46,425 nt of DNA from NCBI GenBank assembly GCA_019136215.1, contig JAGVUP010000179.1:1-46425 (forward strand), read 5' to 3'. This document shows, one piece after another, positions 33,801 through 42,544 of the stretch. The DNA comes from Chloroflexota bacterium. GTDB taxonomy: Bacteria; Chloroflexota; Anaerolineae; Anaerolineales; Anaerolineaceae. The notes beneath the pieces are model-generated. The model worked only from the letters and a program-made list of their open reading frames with translations. It was not told the origin of the DNA and did no database searches. Position 1 is the stretch's first letter; every line of letters starts with the position of its first letter. Made by a program: the position numbers and the translations under genes.

Positions 33801-35480
33801 TTATTTATGTATTTTTGCCCAGCTATCCACCAAACCGATCGTGCGGTTGAAAACCAGCTTACCAGCCTGTGTGTGGACATTATCCAGTGCGAAGTAGCCG
33901 TCGCGCACAAACTGATACGCCTCGCCGACTTGCGCGTTTGCCAGGTCAGGTTCCAGGCAGGCGCTCACAACCTGCAATGAATCGTGATTGAAGTTATCCA
34001 GGAAGGTTTCCCCTTCGGGCAGGTCCTCGGGATATTCGTCGAGGAACATCTGATCGTAGATGCGCACTTCCGCTTCGATCGCGTGGGCTGCTGAGACCCA
34101 ATGGATTGTGCCCTTCACTTTACGCCCGTCCGGCGCGCTGCCGCCCCTGGTTTCCGGGTCGTAGGTGCAGTGTATCTCGATCACATTTCCGTCCTGGTCT
34201 TTGACCACATCCGCGCATGTGACGAAATAAGCGTTCATCAGGCGCACTTCTTTGCCCGGAGAGAGCCGGTGGTACTTGGGAGGCGGGACTTCAGCGAAAT
34301 CGTCACGCTCAATCCAGAGCTCGCGTCCGAAAGGCACCTTGCGGGAGCCGCCAGCTTCGGGATCCTGCGGAAAATCCGGAACTTCAAAGTATTCCACCTG
34401 CTCCTCTGGATAGTTGGTCAGAACAACTTTCAGGGGCTGCAGGACCGCCATCCGTCTTTTCGCGGTTTGGTTGAGCTGGTCGCGCACGATATGCTCGAGC
34501 AGTTCCACTTCAACGAAGCTGTCAGACTTCGCCACACCGATGGTATCAATAAATTCCCGGATTGCTGCGGCTGGGTAGCCGCGCCGGCGCATTGCCGCAA
34601 GCGTTGGCATGCGGGGATCTGTCCAACCGTCCACCAAGCCATTCTCCACCAGGCGGCGGAGCTTGCGTTTGCTCATGACCGTATGGGTCAAATTGAGGCG
34701 CGCGAATTCAATCTGCTGCGGGTGGAAGATGTCGAGCTGATCGAGGAACCAGTCATAAAGCGGGCGGTGGTTCTCGTATTCGAGCGAACACATGGAGTGG
34801 GTGATGCCCTCCAGCGAGTCAGACTGTCCGTGAGCGAAATCGTACATGGGATAGATGCACCAGGTATCGCCGGTGCGGTGGTGCGTGGCGTGCAGGATGC
34901 GGTACATGACCGGGTCGCGCATATTGATATTCGGCGACGCCATGTCTATCTTTGCCCGCAGAGTCTTGCTCCCGTCAGGAAATTCGCCAGCTCGCATCCG
35001 CTTGAAGAGGTCAAGATTCTCCTCGATTGGACGGTCGCGCCAAGGACTGTTTTTGCCAGGTTCGGTCAGGGTGCCGCGATATTCCCGCATTTCGTCCTGG
35101 GAGAGTTCATCCACATAGGCAAGCCCCTTACGGATAAGCTGCAGAGCCATCTCGTAGAGCGGCTCAAAATAATCTGAGGCGTAAAACTCCCTGTCCCCCC
35201 AGTCGAAGCCCAGCCAGCGGATGTCTTCCTTGATGGCATCAACATATTCCACATCTTCCTTCACGGGGTTGGTATCATCATAGCGCAGGTTGGTGATACC
35301 ACCGTAGTCTTCGGCGATGCCAAAATCAATACAGAGGGCTTTGGCGTGACCAATATGCAGATAACCGTTGGGCTCAGGTGGGAAGCGGGTATGCACTCTT
35401 CCGCCGAATCTGCCAGTGCGGTTGTGCTCGTCGATGATTTCACGAATGAAATTTGTTTTAGTCGGATTTTCTTCAGTCAT
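33801..35480 (-). CDS. glnS: Glutaminyl-tRNA synthetase
   Basis: [10 protein letters not shown]...[20 protein letters not shown] (the HIGH motif), [13 protein letters not shown] and VMSKRKL (the KMSKS motif) are present. The ATG at 35480 has AAGGAG 6 nt upstream. The ORF track starts at 35504. Confidence 0.95.
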   Translation of the reverse strand: MTEENPTKTNFIREIIDEHNRTGRFGGRVHTRFPPEPNGYLHIGHAKALCIDFGIAEDYGGITNLRYDDTNPVKEDVEYVDAIKEDIRWLGFDWGDREFYASDYFEPLYEMALQLIRKGLAYVDELSQDEMREYRGTLTEPGKNSPWRDRPIEENLDLFKRMRAGEFPDGSKTLRAKIDMASPNINMRDPVMYRILHATHHRTGDTWCIYPMYDFAHGQSDSLEGITHSMCSLEYENHRPLYDWFLDQLDIFHPQQIEFARLNLTHTVMSKRKLRRLVENGLVDGWTDPRMPTLAAMRRRGYPAAAIREFIDTIGVAKSDSFVEVELLEHIVRDQLNQTAKRRMAVLQPLKVVLTNYPEEQVEYFEVPDFPQDPEAGGSRKVPFGRELWIERDDFAEVPPPKYHRLSPGKEVRLMNAYFVTCADVVKDQDGNVIEIHCTYDPETRGGSAPDGRKVKGTIHWVSAAHAIEAEVRIYDQMFLDEYPEDLPEGETFLDNFNHDSLQVVSACLEPDLANAQVGEAYQFVRDGYFALDNVHTQAGKLVFNRTIGLVDSWAKIHK

Positions 35481-35734
35481 CTTTACTCCTTGAAGCGGGG
35501 TCAAAGAATTATACCTTAGGGAGCCGGAGATGGAGCGGTTTCTTATTTTTCTTCTTATCGATTACCGAATGTAGCAAGGTTGTCCATCTCCCAGCATTGG
35601 GATTTGAAAAGCAAGGTGGCGTCGGAATTTACCTGCCTCGGAGATGACTATTTCGGTCGGGAAATCCTGTGAAACACCAGATTTAAATGAATAGAGCTCT
35701 ACCGAAAACGACAAAGCTCTATCAAAGTGACAAA

Positions 35735-36685
35735 TTATGCTTTCAAAAATTCGCGCACAGCGGGGAGCTGACCCGAGCTGCCGAGATAATCATTCTTCGC
35801 CGCGATGAATTTCGCGTACTCAGCCATGAAAATCTTACCAGGATCGCGCAGGTCAAATTTTTCCGGATGTTCCAAGAAAAACTCACGGTGAACGCGCGTC
35901 CAAACCAGGCGGCCATCAGTGTCGATGTTGATTTTGGTCACGCCAAGTTCCGCCGCGCGCTTGAATTGGGTGGCATCCACGCCCCTTGCGCCCGCGAGGT
36001 TGCCGCCGGCAGCATTAATGCGCGCCACCTCTTCCTGAGGCACAGAGCTGGAACCGTGCATCACCAGCGGAAAACCGGGCAGACGTTCCTGGATTTGCGC
36101 CAGCACGTCAAAATGGAGAGATTGCGTGCCCGTAAACTTGAACGCGCCATGGCTGGTGCCGATGGCGACTGCCAGGGAATCGCAGCCACTGCGTTCAACG
36201 AATTCGCGCGCTTGTTCAGGATCGGTCAATTTGGCTTCCGATTCGCTGACCGAAACGTGTTCTTCCACGCCGCCGAGCATGCCCAGCTCCGCCTCGACAA
36301 CAATACCCTTGGCATGGGCAGCATCCACAACGCGCTTCGTGATGGCGATATTCTCATCAAAAGGCTTGCTGCTGGCATCAATCATCACCGAGCTGTAAAA
36401 TCCGGATTCGATGCAGTCATAGCAAGCGGCTTCATCGCCGTGGTCAAGATGCACCGCGAAAACAGCTTCCTGGTAGACCTCATCCGCCGCGCGGATAAGA
36501 CCCTCGAGGAAAGTCTTGTTGGTATAACTGCGCGCGCCCTTGCTGATTTGGATGATGAAAGGCGCTTGAGAATCCAAATTGCCACGGAACAAGCCTACAA
36601 TTTGCTCGAGATTGTTGATGTTATAGGCGCCAATGGCATATTTGCCATAGGCATGCTCGAATAGTTTCTTAGTTGTAACGATCAT
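35735..36685 (-). CDS. fba: Class II fructose-1,6-bisphosphate aldolase
   Basis: The protein is 316 aa. AIGAYNINNLEQ...HLDHG...VMIDAS...EAELG...GTSHGAFKF...LVMHGSS is the class II FBA motif order. Confidence 0.9.
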   Translation of the reverse strand: MIVTTKKLFEHAYGKYAIGAYNINNLEQIVGLFRGNLDSQAPFIIQISKGARSYTNKTFLEGLIRAADEVYQEAVFAVHLDHGDEAACYDCIESGFYSSVMIDASSKPFDENIAITKRVVDAAHAKGIVVEAELGMLGGVEEHVSVSESEAKLTDPEQAREFVERSGCDSLAVAIGTSHGAFKFTGTQSLHFDVLAQIQERLPGFPLVMHGSSSVPQEEVARINAAGGNLAGARGVDATQFKRAAELGVTKINIDTDGRLVWTRVHREFFLEHPEKFDLRDPGKIFMAEYAKFIAAKNDYLGSSGQLPAVREFLKA

Positions 36686-36933
36686 GTTGGCTCCTTTGAG
36701 TAAGATTTACTAATTGCCTAAATTATACTATCCCAACGGGGAAGTCTCAAGCATTTTGCCTTTAGACAGACAAAATTTCCATGACACCCGCAAGGGTACG
36801 TTCTTTATCCAATCCGGAACTGGGTCTCAAGATGATTGAACGGTCTATAGAACCGAGCATCCTTCCCCACTCTTGGAGAATATCAAAAATGCCCCGTCTT
36901 GAGGGTTTTTAAAGCAATTGATACTGAACCTGA

Positions 36934-38184
36934 TCAAAGGAGTCTGATGAGCGGTTCAAACAGCAAGACAATGGTGACCAGGACGATCAAGGAAGTGATG
37001 ATGATCGCCAGGACATTCGTCAGTTTGGAGTTGCGGTATCGACCCATCACAGCTTGATCATTGGCGAGTTTCAGCACCAACGCAAGGATCACCGGCAGCA
37101 GGATCGCGTTGATGGTCTGCGACAAGATCATCATCTGGAAGAGCGGCATGCCCGGTATGAGCACGATCAACACACTGAGAACGACGATCCCGATAAACGC
37201 GCCGTAAAAGATCGGAGCGTCGCGCAGGTTGCGGTTGAGACCGCGTTCAAACCCAAACGCCTCACAAAGCGCGTAGGTCGTGGAAAGCGGCAGCACCGAA
37301 ACCGCCAGCAGAGAGGCACCCAAAAGACCGGCAGCGAAGAGGATCGTGGATGCCTCTCCTGCCAGCGGGGCAAGCGCCATGGCGGCATCTTTGGCGTCTT
37401 CCACGCGGATGCCCGCTTTAAAAAGCGTTGCGGCTGAAACAATGATGATGAAGGCTGAAATAACGTTCCCCCAGGCAGAGCCAAAGGTCACATCAATTTT
37501 CGTTTCCCCATAATTTTCCATGGAGATGCCTTTGTCAGAAACCGATGCCTGCAGATAAAAAATCGCCCAAGGGGTGATGGTGGTTCCAATAACGGCTAAA
37601 ATGGAGATGAAATAGTCGCGCGAGAGCAAAAGTTGCGGGCGGATAGTGTCCCGTAGGATGACGCCCCAATCCGGTTTGATAATGAACACTGTGGCAACAT
37701 AGCTCAGAGCGGCTAAACTGAGACCGATCAATATCTTTTCGATGATCTTGTAGTTGCCGCGCAGAATCAAAAGCCCCATGACAACCGCCATGACCGGCAC
37801 GGTAATCACTTTGCTGATCCCAAAAAGCTCGCCGGCTGCAGCAACACCCGCGAATTCCGCGACCGTCGTCCCGAGGTTGGCAATCAGCAGGCAGAACATG
37901 GCGAAAGTCGTCATCTTCACCCCAAACTTTTCGCGGATCAAGTCGGCGGTGCCTTTGCCCGTGACTGCGCCCATTCTGGCAGCCATCTCCAGAATCACCA
38001 CCTCGCCAACCGTGATTACCAAAATCAGCCACAGGAAGCTGTAGCCGTAGGTCGAACCAACCATCGAGTAAGTGGCGATCCCGGGGGCGTCATTATCCGC
38101 AGAAGCCGTGATAAGTCCTGGTCCAAGAATGCTCAGGAATAACAAGGTTTTCTTCAGCCATATAGGCAGGTTCAGCTTCTTCAT
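36934..38184 (-). CDS. Nramp-related cation transporter with non-canonical metal-site motifs
   Basis: The protein is 416 aa with 11-12 hydrophobic segments. The GPG...D..PG...T TM1 pattern places it in the Nramp/MntH family. However, it has DAPGI where DPGN is expected, and TTITPW where A..MPH is expected. Confidence 0.8.
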   Translation of the reverse strand: MKKLNLPIWLKKTLLFLSILGPGLITASADNDAPGIATYSMVGSTYGYSFLWLILVITVGEVVILEMAARMGAVTGKGTADLIREKFGVKMTTFAMFCLLIANLGTTVAEFAGVAAAGELFGISKVITVPVMAVVMGLLILRGNYKIIEKILIGLSLAALSYVATVFIIKPDWGVILRDTIRPQLLLSRDYFISILAVIGTTITPWAIFYLQASVSDKGISMENYGETKIDVTFGSAWGNVISAFIIIVSAATLFKAGIRVEDAKDAAMALAPLAGEASTILFAAGLLGASLLAVSVLPLSTTYALCEAFGFERGLNRNLRDAPIFYGAFIGIVVLSVLIVLIPGMPLFQMMILSQTINAILLPVILALVLKLANDQAVMGRYRNSKLTNVLAIIITSLIVLVTIVLLFEPLIRLL

Positions 38185-38187
38185 CGC

Positions 38188-39453
38188 TTACCTTCCAGAG
38201 AACCGGGGCAGTTTTTTCTTCCAGGCGGTTGGAAGCATGGTGTCAATCGCGTCGTCAACGGTGACAATCCCCAGCATCGCGTTATTGTCGGGGTCGATCA
38301 CCGGAACCGCCATCAGATTGTATTTTGCCACGAGGTAGGCGGCTTCTTTCTGCGGGGTCAGCGGATTGACCACCACGACGTCGTCATCAAACCAGCTGGA
38401 AAGATCCTGGTCAAGAGGCGCCGTGACGAGATCGCGCAGGCTGATGACCCCCTGGAGCTTTTTGTCCTCATCGAGCAAATAGACGTAATACATGAATTCG
38501 TCATCTTTCGCTTCCTCATTGGTGCGGAGGTGATGCAGAGCTTGTTCGACGGAGAAGTTTCCGGGAACTGACGCAAATTCGGTGGTCATAATACCGCCGG
38601 AGGAATCCTCAGGATAGCGCAGGAGGATACGCACGTCCTCTTCGTCCTCATCTTCCATGAGGTTCAGCAGTTGTTCACTGATCTGGTCATCCATGTCAGC
38701 CAGGATGTCCGCAGCCTCGTCAGGGTCCATCTCTTCCAGGACGTCGGCAGCGCGTTCCGGCTGCAAGGCGGAAATCACCGCCTGCTGCACTTCCGCTGAT
38801 GACTCTTCGAGAGTATCAGCCAATTGCTCATCCGTGAAACCCTGCAGCAGGGCTTTACTGGTGTGGTGATCCAGGTCATTGAGGATCAGAGCGATGTCAG
38901 CCGGTTCCATCTGCACCAGGCGGTCCTGCGAGACCTTGAGGCGCAAGGGGTCATCATGTTCGATCGAAGCGACATCTTCCCAGGGAATGACATGGGTTTT
39001 CCATCGTTTTTTGAGGAGCCTGGAAATCGCTTTGGCAGGGGTCTCCAGCCCCAGACGGCGCAGAAGCCCTGTGCCCCCGACATCCACACCTGTAAGATAG
39101 AAGTTATTGTTCTTGCGGGCAATTTGCAGGTCGTTCACCCGCACCAGACGCTTGCCCTCCGTGTCAACGATTTGCTGGTCGAGCGCACGTTGTTTGAGGT
39201 AAAGCTCATGCCCGGCGGGTTTAAACATGTCTAATTTGGAAATATCCACGTTCAGCGTGATGCTGGGCCAGAGCGTGGCAATATCTTTCGCGTCGATCAG
39301 TTTGGGTTCATCGGAACCACTCCTGATGGAAATGGCTGTGATGGGAGGCATACTTTGGTCAGTTCTATCCACCAGAAGGTCATCCAATTTCCCGACGACA
39401 TGCCCAAAAGCATCCCAAACCTTTTGACCAAGTAGTTTGCTTAAATAGATCAT
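38188..39453 (-). CDS. Soluble PRC-barrel x2 / MgtE_N / CBS-pair protein (MgtE cytosolic module without the membrane pore)
   Basis: The protein is 421 aa. It has PRC-like repeats (LLGQKVWDAFGHVVGKLDDLLV; QIVDTEGKRLVRVNDLQI) and an acidic MgtE_N-like helix bundle (ERAADVLEEMDPDEAADILADMDD). Two CBS motifs follow (VISLRDLV; AVPVIDPDNNAMLGIVTVDDAID). No TM segment is present. Its stop lies 3 nt from the Nramp-like start. Confidence 0.75.
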   Translation of the reverse strand: MIYLSKLLGQKVWDAFGHVVGKLDDLLVDRTDQSMPPITAISIRSGSDEPKLIDAKDIATLWPSITLNVDISKLDMFKPAGHELYLKQRALDQQIVDTEGKRLVRVNDLQIARKNNNFYLTGVDVGGTGLLRRLGLETPAKAISRLLKKRWKTHVIPWEDVASIEHDDPLRLKVSQDRLVQMEPADIALILNDLDHHTSKALLQGFTDEQLADTLEESSAEVQQAVISALQPERAADVLEEMDPDEAADILADMDDQISEQLLNLMEDEDEEDVRILLRYPEDSSGGIMTTEFASVPGNFSVEQALHHLRTNEEAKDDEFMYYVYLLDEDKKLQGVISLRDLVTAPLDQDLSSWFDDDVVVVNPLTPQKEAAYLVAKYNLMAVPVIDPDNNAMLGIVTVDDAIDTMLPTAWKKKLPRFSGR

Positions 39454-39678
39454 CTCTCACCTCACAACCTGTATTCATTTTTGGTGAAAGCGAAAATCAC
39501 AAGGGACAGGCTCACTCACCTGCGCCCTTGCCCGCGGTTTATTTACGCGGCTGAGTACGGATGAGTGGGGAGTCCCTTGATACTTGCAGGGTCGGGTTGA
39601 TCGTCTGCAGATAAACTTTCACTTTCAAGTATCAAAACAAGGTCCATTTCACTCTCTCAAATTAGTGTTTATATTATA
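39454..39678 (-). promoter_or_regulatory. Candidate promoter (-10 TATAAT at 39673-39678) plus ~200-nt structured 5' leader of the sensor/Nramp operon
   Basis: The minus strand shows nested long-range helices. GATACTTG pairs with CAAGTATC. CAAGGGAC pairs with GTCCCTTG, and this helix encloses CACTCA/TGAGTG and the hairpin CCGCG-TAAATAAAC-CGCGG. A U-rich tract (TGATTTTCGCTTTC) follows. No known riboswitch class was recognised. Confidence 0.35.
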
Positions 39679-39899
39679 CCCCCTGAATCGCGGGAATGGG
39701 GGAAAATTTGGAAAAATTCTGTAAAATGGTACGGTTTTTGGGAGATTCGAGAAGGATAATGCAGCAAGTTGCAGCTTGACGGGAATATCAACGCGAGGGT
39801 AGAGTGTCCGGTTAGCCTGGATACGCACCCGAAGCAATCTTAAGAATTATGAGGTTGCGAAACAATTGGTCGTTCGCACTTTGCCGAGAAACAGACTGT

Positions 39900-40712
39900 T
39901 CAGATTGATTGTCGGTTTTCTCCAAACAGTTTGTTCAGCCTTGGCACTTGTTCTTCCAGCGCCCAGGTCTCTGTGCGCCAACTGAACCATTCCCCCACCC
40001 CGCCGTACTCAAACGCGACAATTTCCGGCTCGCGCCATGCCTCAGCGGCAATCTGGTCTGCAGCCCATTCCGCTGAGCTCCAGTCGCCCTCTTGCATTTC
40101 AAAATGATCCGCCAGGTAGCCGTGGTATGAGCGCAAGCCAGTGATATGAATTTCGTGCAGGCGCTCCAAAGGCAGACTCTCGATGTATTCGCGGTAATCC
40201 ACGCCGAGCGTGTCCGCAGAAATCCGCGCGTGCGAAATGTCCAGCAATAAACCGGTGTCGGTCTCGAGGATCGCTTCGGTGATCAGTTTCGGATCGCTTG
40301 CGAGGTGATACTCCGGTATCGGCGGTTCAAAGGGCAAATTCTCCGAGATGACGGTATAACCCGGGAATTCTCGTTTGAGCAGGTTGATTTCATCGATCCA
40401 GCGCTTAAGCAACGTGAGACGGTCGGTTTTGTTCCCAATCTTCAAATCTGCCGAGCCCGAGAGATGGCAATTCACGTGTGGGGTGTTCGTCTCAGCCAGC
40501 ATGCGTCTTAGCTTTGCATAGTCGAGGCGCTGAACCCGGTCCCTTCCGATCGTGATATCGAGATGAAGATAAACCGGTTTGATTGGTGTAGCAGCCTTGA
40601 GCAGCCCCTCCCACTCAGGACATTTGAACAGGTCAAAGTCGACCTTGCCAGCCATTACCAATTCAGCAAGTTTGGTTGAATAGTTGACGGCAAATCGCAT
40701 CGCTGACCTCAC
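39900..40712 (-). CDS. DUF692/MNIO-like (MbnB/TglH family) TIM-barrel metalloenzyme
   Basis: The ordered motifs VYLHLDI, VNCHLSG, VISENLPF, GLLLDISHARISA, LHEIHITG, YLADHFEM and IVAFEYGG parallel the His/Glu/Asp iron ligands and the LLLD(V)xN...E(I)HLAG signature of DUF692. The GTG at 40712 overlaps the upstream stop (GTGA). The ATG at 40700, with GAGG 6 nt upstream, is an alternative start. Confidence 0.6.
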   Translation of the reverse strand: MRSAMRFAVNYSTKLAELVMAGKVDFDLFKCPEWEGLLKAATPIKPVYLHLDITIGRDRVQRLDYAKLRRMLAETNTPHVNCHLSGSADLKIGNKTDRLTLLKRWIDEINLLKREFPGYTVISENLPFEPPIPEYHLASDPKLITEAILETDTGLLLDISHARISADTLGVDYREYIESLPLERLHEIHITGLRSYHGYLADHFEMQEGDWSSAEWAADQIAAEAWREPEIVAFEYGGVGEWFSWRTETWALEEQVPRLNKLFGENRQSI

Positions 40713-42544
40713 GCAGCCAAAGCTTCACTTTCTTTATCCGCGAAGGGATCGTACTTCGATTCGAGGTCCTGGCGGAACTGTTTGGTATAGAGGTTGTAGT
40801 AGTGCCCTTTCTTGCGCATCAGGCTCTCATGATTTCCCTGCTCAATGATTTGACCGTCATCGATGACCATAATGATATCTGCCGATTTGATGGTCGAGAG
40901 GCGGTGGGCAATAATGAAACTGGTGCGTCCGCTCATCAAATTGTGCATGCCTTTTTGGATCAGGGCTTCGGTCAGAGTGTCCACTGAGCTGGTCGCTTCG
41001 TCCATGATGAAGATGTCGGGTTCTGCCAGGAGGGCGCGCGCGATGCTGATGAGCTGTTTTTGCCCAACCGAAAGCAGATTGCCGCCTTCTCCGACGTCTT
41101 GATCGTATGCCTTCTCCAAACCCATGATGAATTCATGCGCTCCGGCAAGCTTTGCTGCGTGCTCGATCTGTTCGTCCGTCGCGTTCAATCGCCCATAGCG
41201 CAGGTTGTCGCGCACACTGCCCGAAAAAAGATGCGGAACCTGGAGGACGACGCCAATGCGGGATTGAATGTCTTCGAGGGAATATCGGGTATAGTCGTGC
41301 CCGGCAATGCGGATCACGCCTTGGCTCGGTTCGTAAAAACGGCAGAGCAGGTTTACGATTGTGGTCTTTCCGCCGCCGGTCGTGCCGACAAGGGCAACGT
41401 TCTTCCCTTGGGGAATGTGGAAACTGAGGTTTTTAATGACCGGCTCATCGTCTTCGTAATGGAACGAGACGTTTTCGAACTCCACATCGCCAACCAGCGA
41501 ATCCACGGGCAATAAGTTTTCCCGGTTGCGGATTTCGGGCTGCATGTCGAGCAGGGAAAACACCCGCTCAGAAGAGGCGACAGCGTTTTGCATTTCTGCA
41601 TATACCCGCGCCAGGTCCTGGATGGGCCAAAGGATCATCATGATGTAGGAAACAAAAGCCTGCAGCACGCCCACACTGATCGCGCCTCCCGCCACTTGCA
41701 GCCCACCCCGCCAGAGGATCAGCACAAGTGAAATAGCGCTGATAGTCTGGATGGTCGGCAGGTAGATGGCGGAGAGGAAAACCGCGCGGTAGCTTTCCTG
41801 ATACATGTCCGTGGAAAGAATCTTGAAGTCCAGCAGGTTCTGTGCTTCACGGCGCAGGGCTTTAACCACTCTGACGCCGGTGATATTCTCGTTCAGCGAC
41901 GCGGTCATCTTGGAGTTTGCCCGGCGGGAGAGGCGGTAGTGATGGTAGATTTTGACGCGGAATTTAAACGACACAAAAATCATCACCACCAGCGAAACCG
42001 CGACGATCATCGTCAGCCTGGGACTGAGCTTTAGCATAAAGTACACCGCAAAACAGATGTTGGTCACCGCCCAGACGGTATCCAACACACCCCACGTGAG
42101 CAAGTCAGCCATCTTCTCCGTGTCCGAAGTCACGCGTGACATGATCCATCCCAGTGGAGTCTTACTGAAATACGACAGCGAAAGCGTCTGCAGGCGATGG
42201 AAGAGTTTCTTGCGGAAGTCGTAGCGCAGTTGCTCGCCAAGCAAGCCGATGATGTAAATCATGATAAAGAAACCAGCTACCTGCGCCAGGATCACAAGAA
42301 TGTAGCTGCGGAATAAGCTGATCATTACCGGTAGATTTTTGGCGACGATGCCTTCGTCGATGATGCGCTTGCTCAACACCGTGTAGTAGGCGTCCAAAAA
42401 GGATACCAAAGCGATCCCCAAAACCGAGATGAGAATCAGCAGCCAATAGGGCTTCAATGATTTAAATAGCCGTCCGATGACGCCGCTCTTGAGGTCGACA
42501 ACGTCGTCCAGTTCTTCTTCGTTATATTGATTCGACACGGTCAA
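40709..42544 (-). CDS. ABC exporter half transporter (TMD-NBD), consensus-site subunit
   Basis: The protein is 611 aa. Motifs: Walker A GTTGGGKTT, signature LSVGQKQLISIARA, and Walker B IFIMDEATSSVD with the canonical catalytic Glu. Confidence 0.9.
   Translation of the reverse strand: MTVSNQYNEEELDDVVDLKSGVIGRLFKSLKPYWLLILISVLGIALVSFLDAYYTVLSKRIIDEGIVAKNLPVMISLFRSYILVILAQVAGFFIMIYIIGLLGEQLRYDFRKKLFHRLQTLSLSYFSKTPLGWIMSRVTSDTEKMADLLTWGVLDTVWAVTNICFAVYFMLKLSPRLTMIVAVSLVVMIFVSFKFRVKIYHHYRLSRRANSKMTASLNENITGVRVVKALRREAQNLLDFKILSTDMYQESYRAVFLSAIYLPTIQTISAISLVLILWRGGLQVAGGAISVGVLQAFVSYIMMILWPIQDLARVYAEMQNAVASSERVFSLLDMQPEIRNRENLLPVDSLVGDVEFENVSFHYEDDEPVIKNLSFHIPQGKNVALVGTTGGGKTTIVNLLCRFYEPSQGVIRIAGHDYTRYSLEDIQSRIGVVLQVPHLFSGSVRDNLRYGRLNATDEQIEHAAKLAGAHEFIMGLEKAYDQDVGEGGNLLSVGQKQLISIARALLAEPDIFIMDEATSSVDTLTEALIQKGMHNLMSGRTSFIIAHRLSTIKSADIIMVIDDGQIIEQGNHESLMRKKGHYYNLYTKQFRQDLESKYDPFADKESEALAA

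Noticed and set aside
35481-35734. T-box leader upstream of glnS.
   Set aside because: I looked for the conserved T-box sequence (AA..GGGTGGTACCGCG-like) and a specifier/terminator arrangement on the minus strand. Only a long GGAGATGGA...TCCATCTCC inverted repeat and a TATAAT close to the RBS are present. There is no T-box core.
36686-36933. Terminator downstream of the Nramp-like gene.
   Set aside because: Only a weak CCC/GGG stem followed by a short T-run could be drawn near 36885-36915. This is not convincing enough to annotate.
39454-39665. M-box (Mg2+) or yybP-ykoY (Mn2+) riboswitch in the leader of the sensor/Nramp operon.
   Set aside because: The only resemblances are superficial: AGGTGAGTGAGCCTGTCC versus the M-box 5' AGGTGAGGCTCCTG, and at the wrong end; and GGGGAGT only on the non-transcribed strand. 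I cannot assign it to a known class, so it is kept only as an unclassified structured leader.
39775-39812. Plus-strand TTGACG-17-TAGAGT promoter-like sequence.
   Set aside because: It points into the 3' end of the convergent minus-strand DUF692 gene, with no plus-strand gene downstream. At most it is an antisense promoter, and there is no supporting evidence.
39649-39837. 62-aa ORF downstream of the DUF692 gene, considered as a possible RiPP precursor.
   Set aside because: It has no Cys residues and no RBS. It overlaps the predicted promoter/leader of the next operon, and its composition (Pro/Phe/Arg-rich) looks non-coding.
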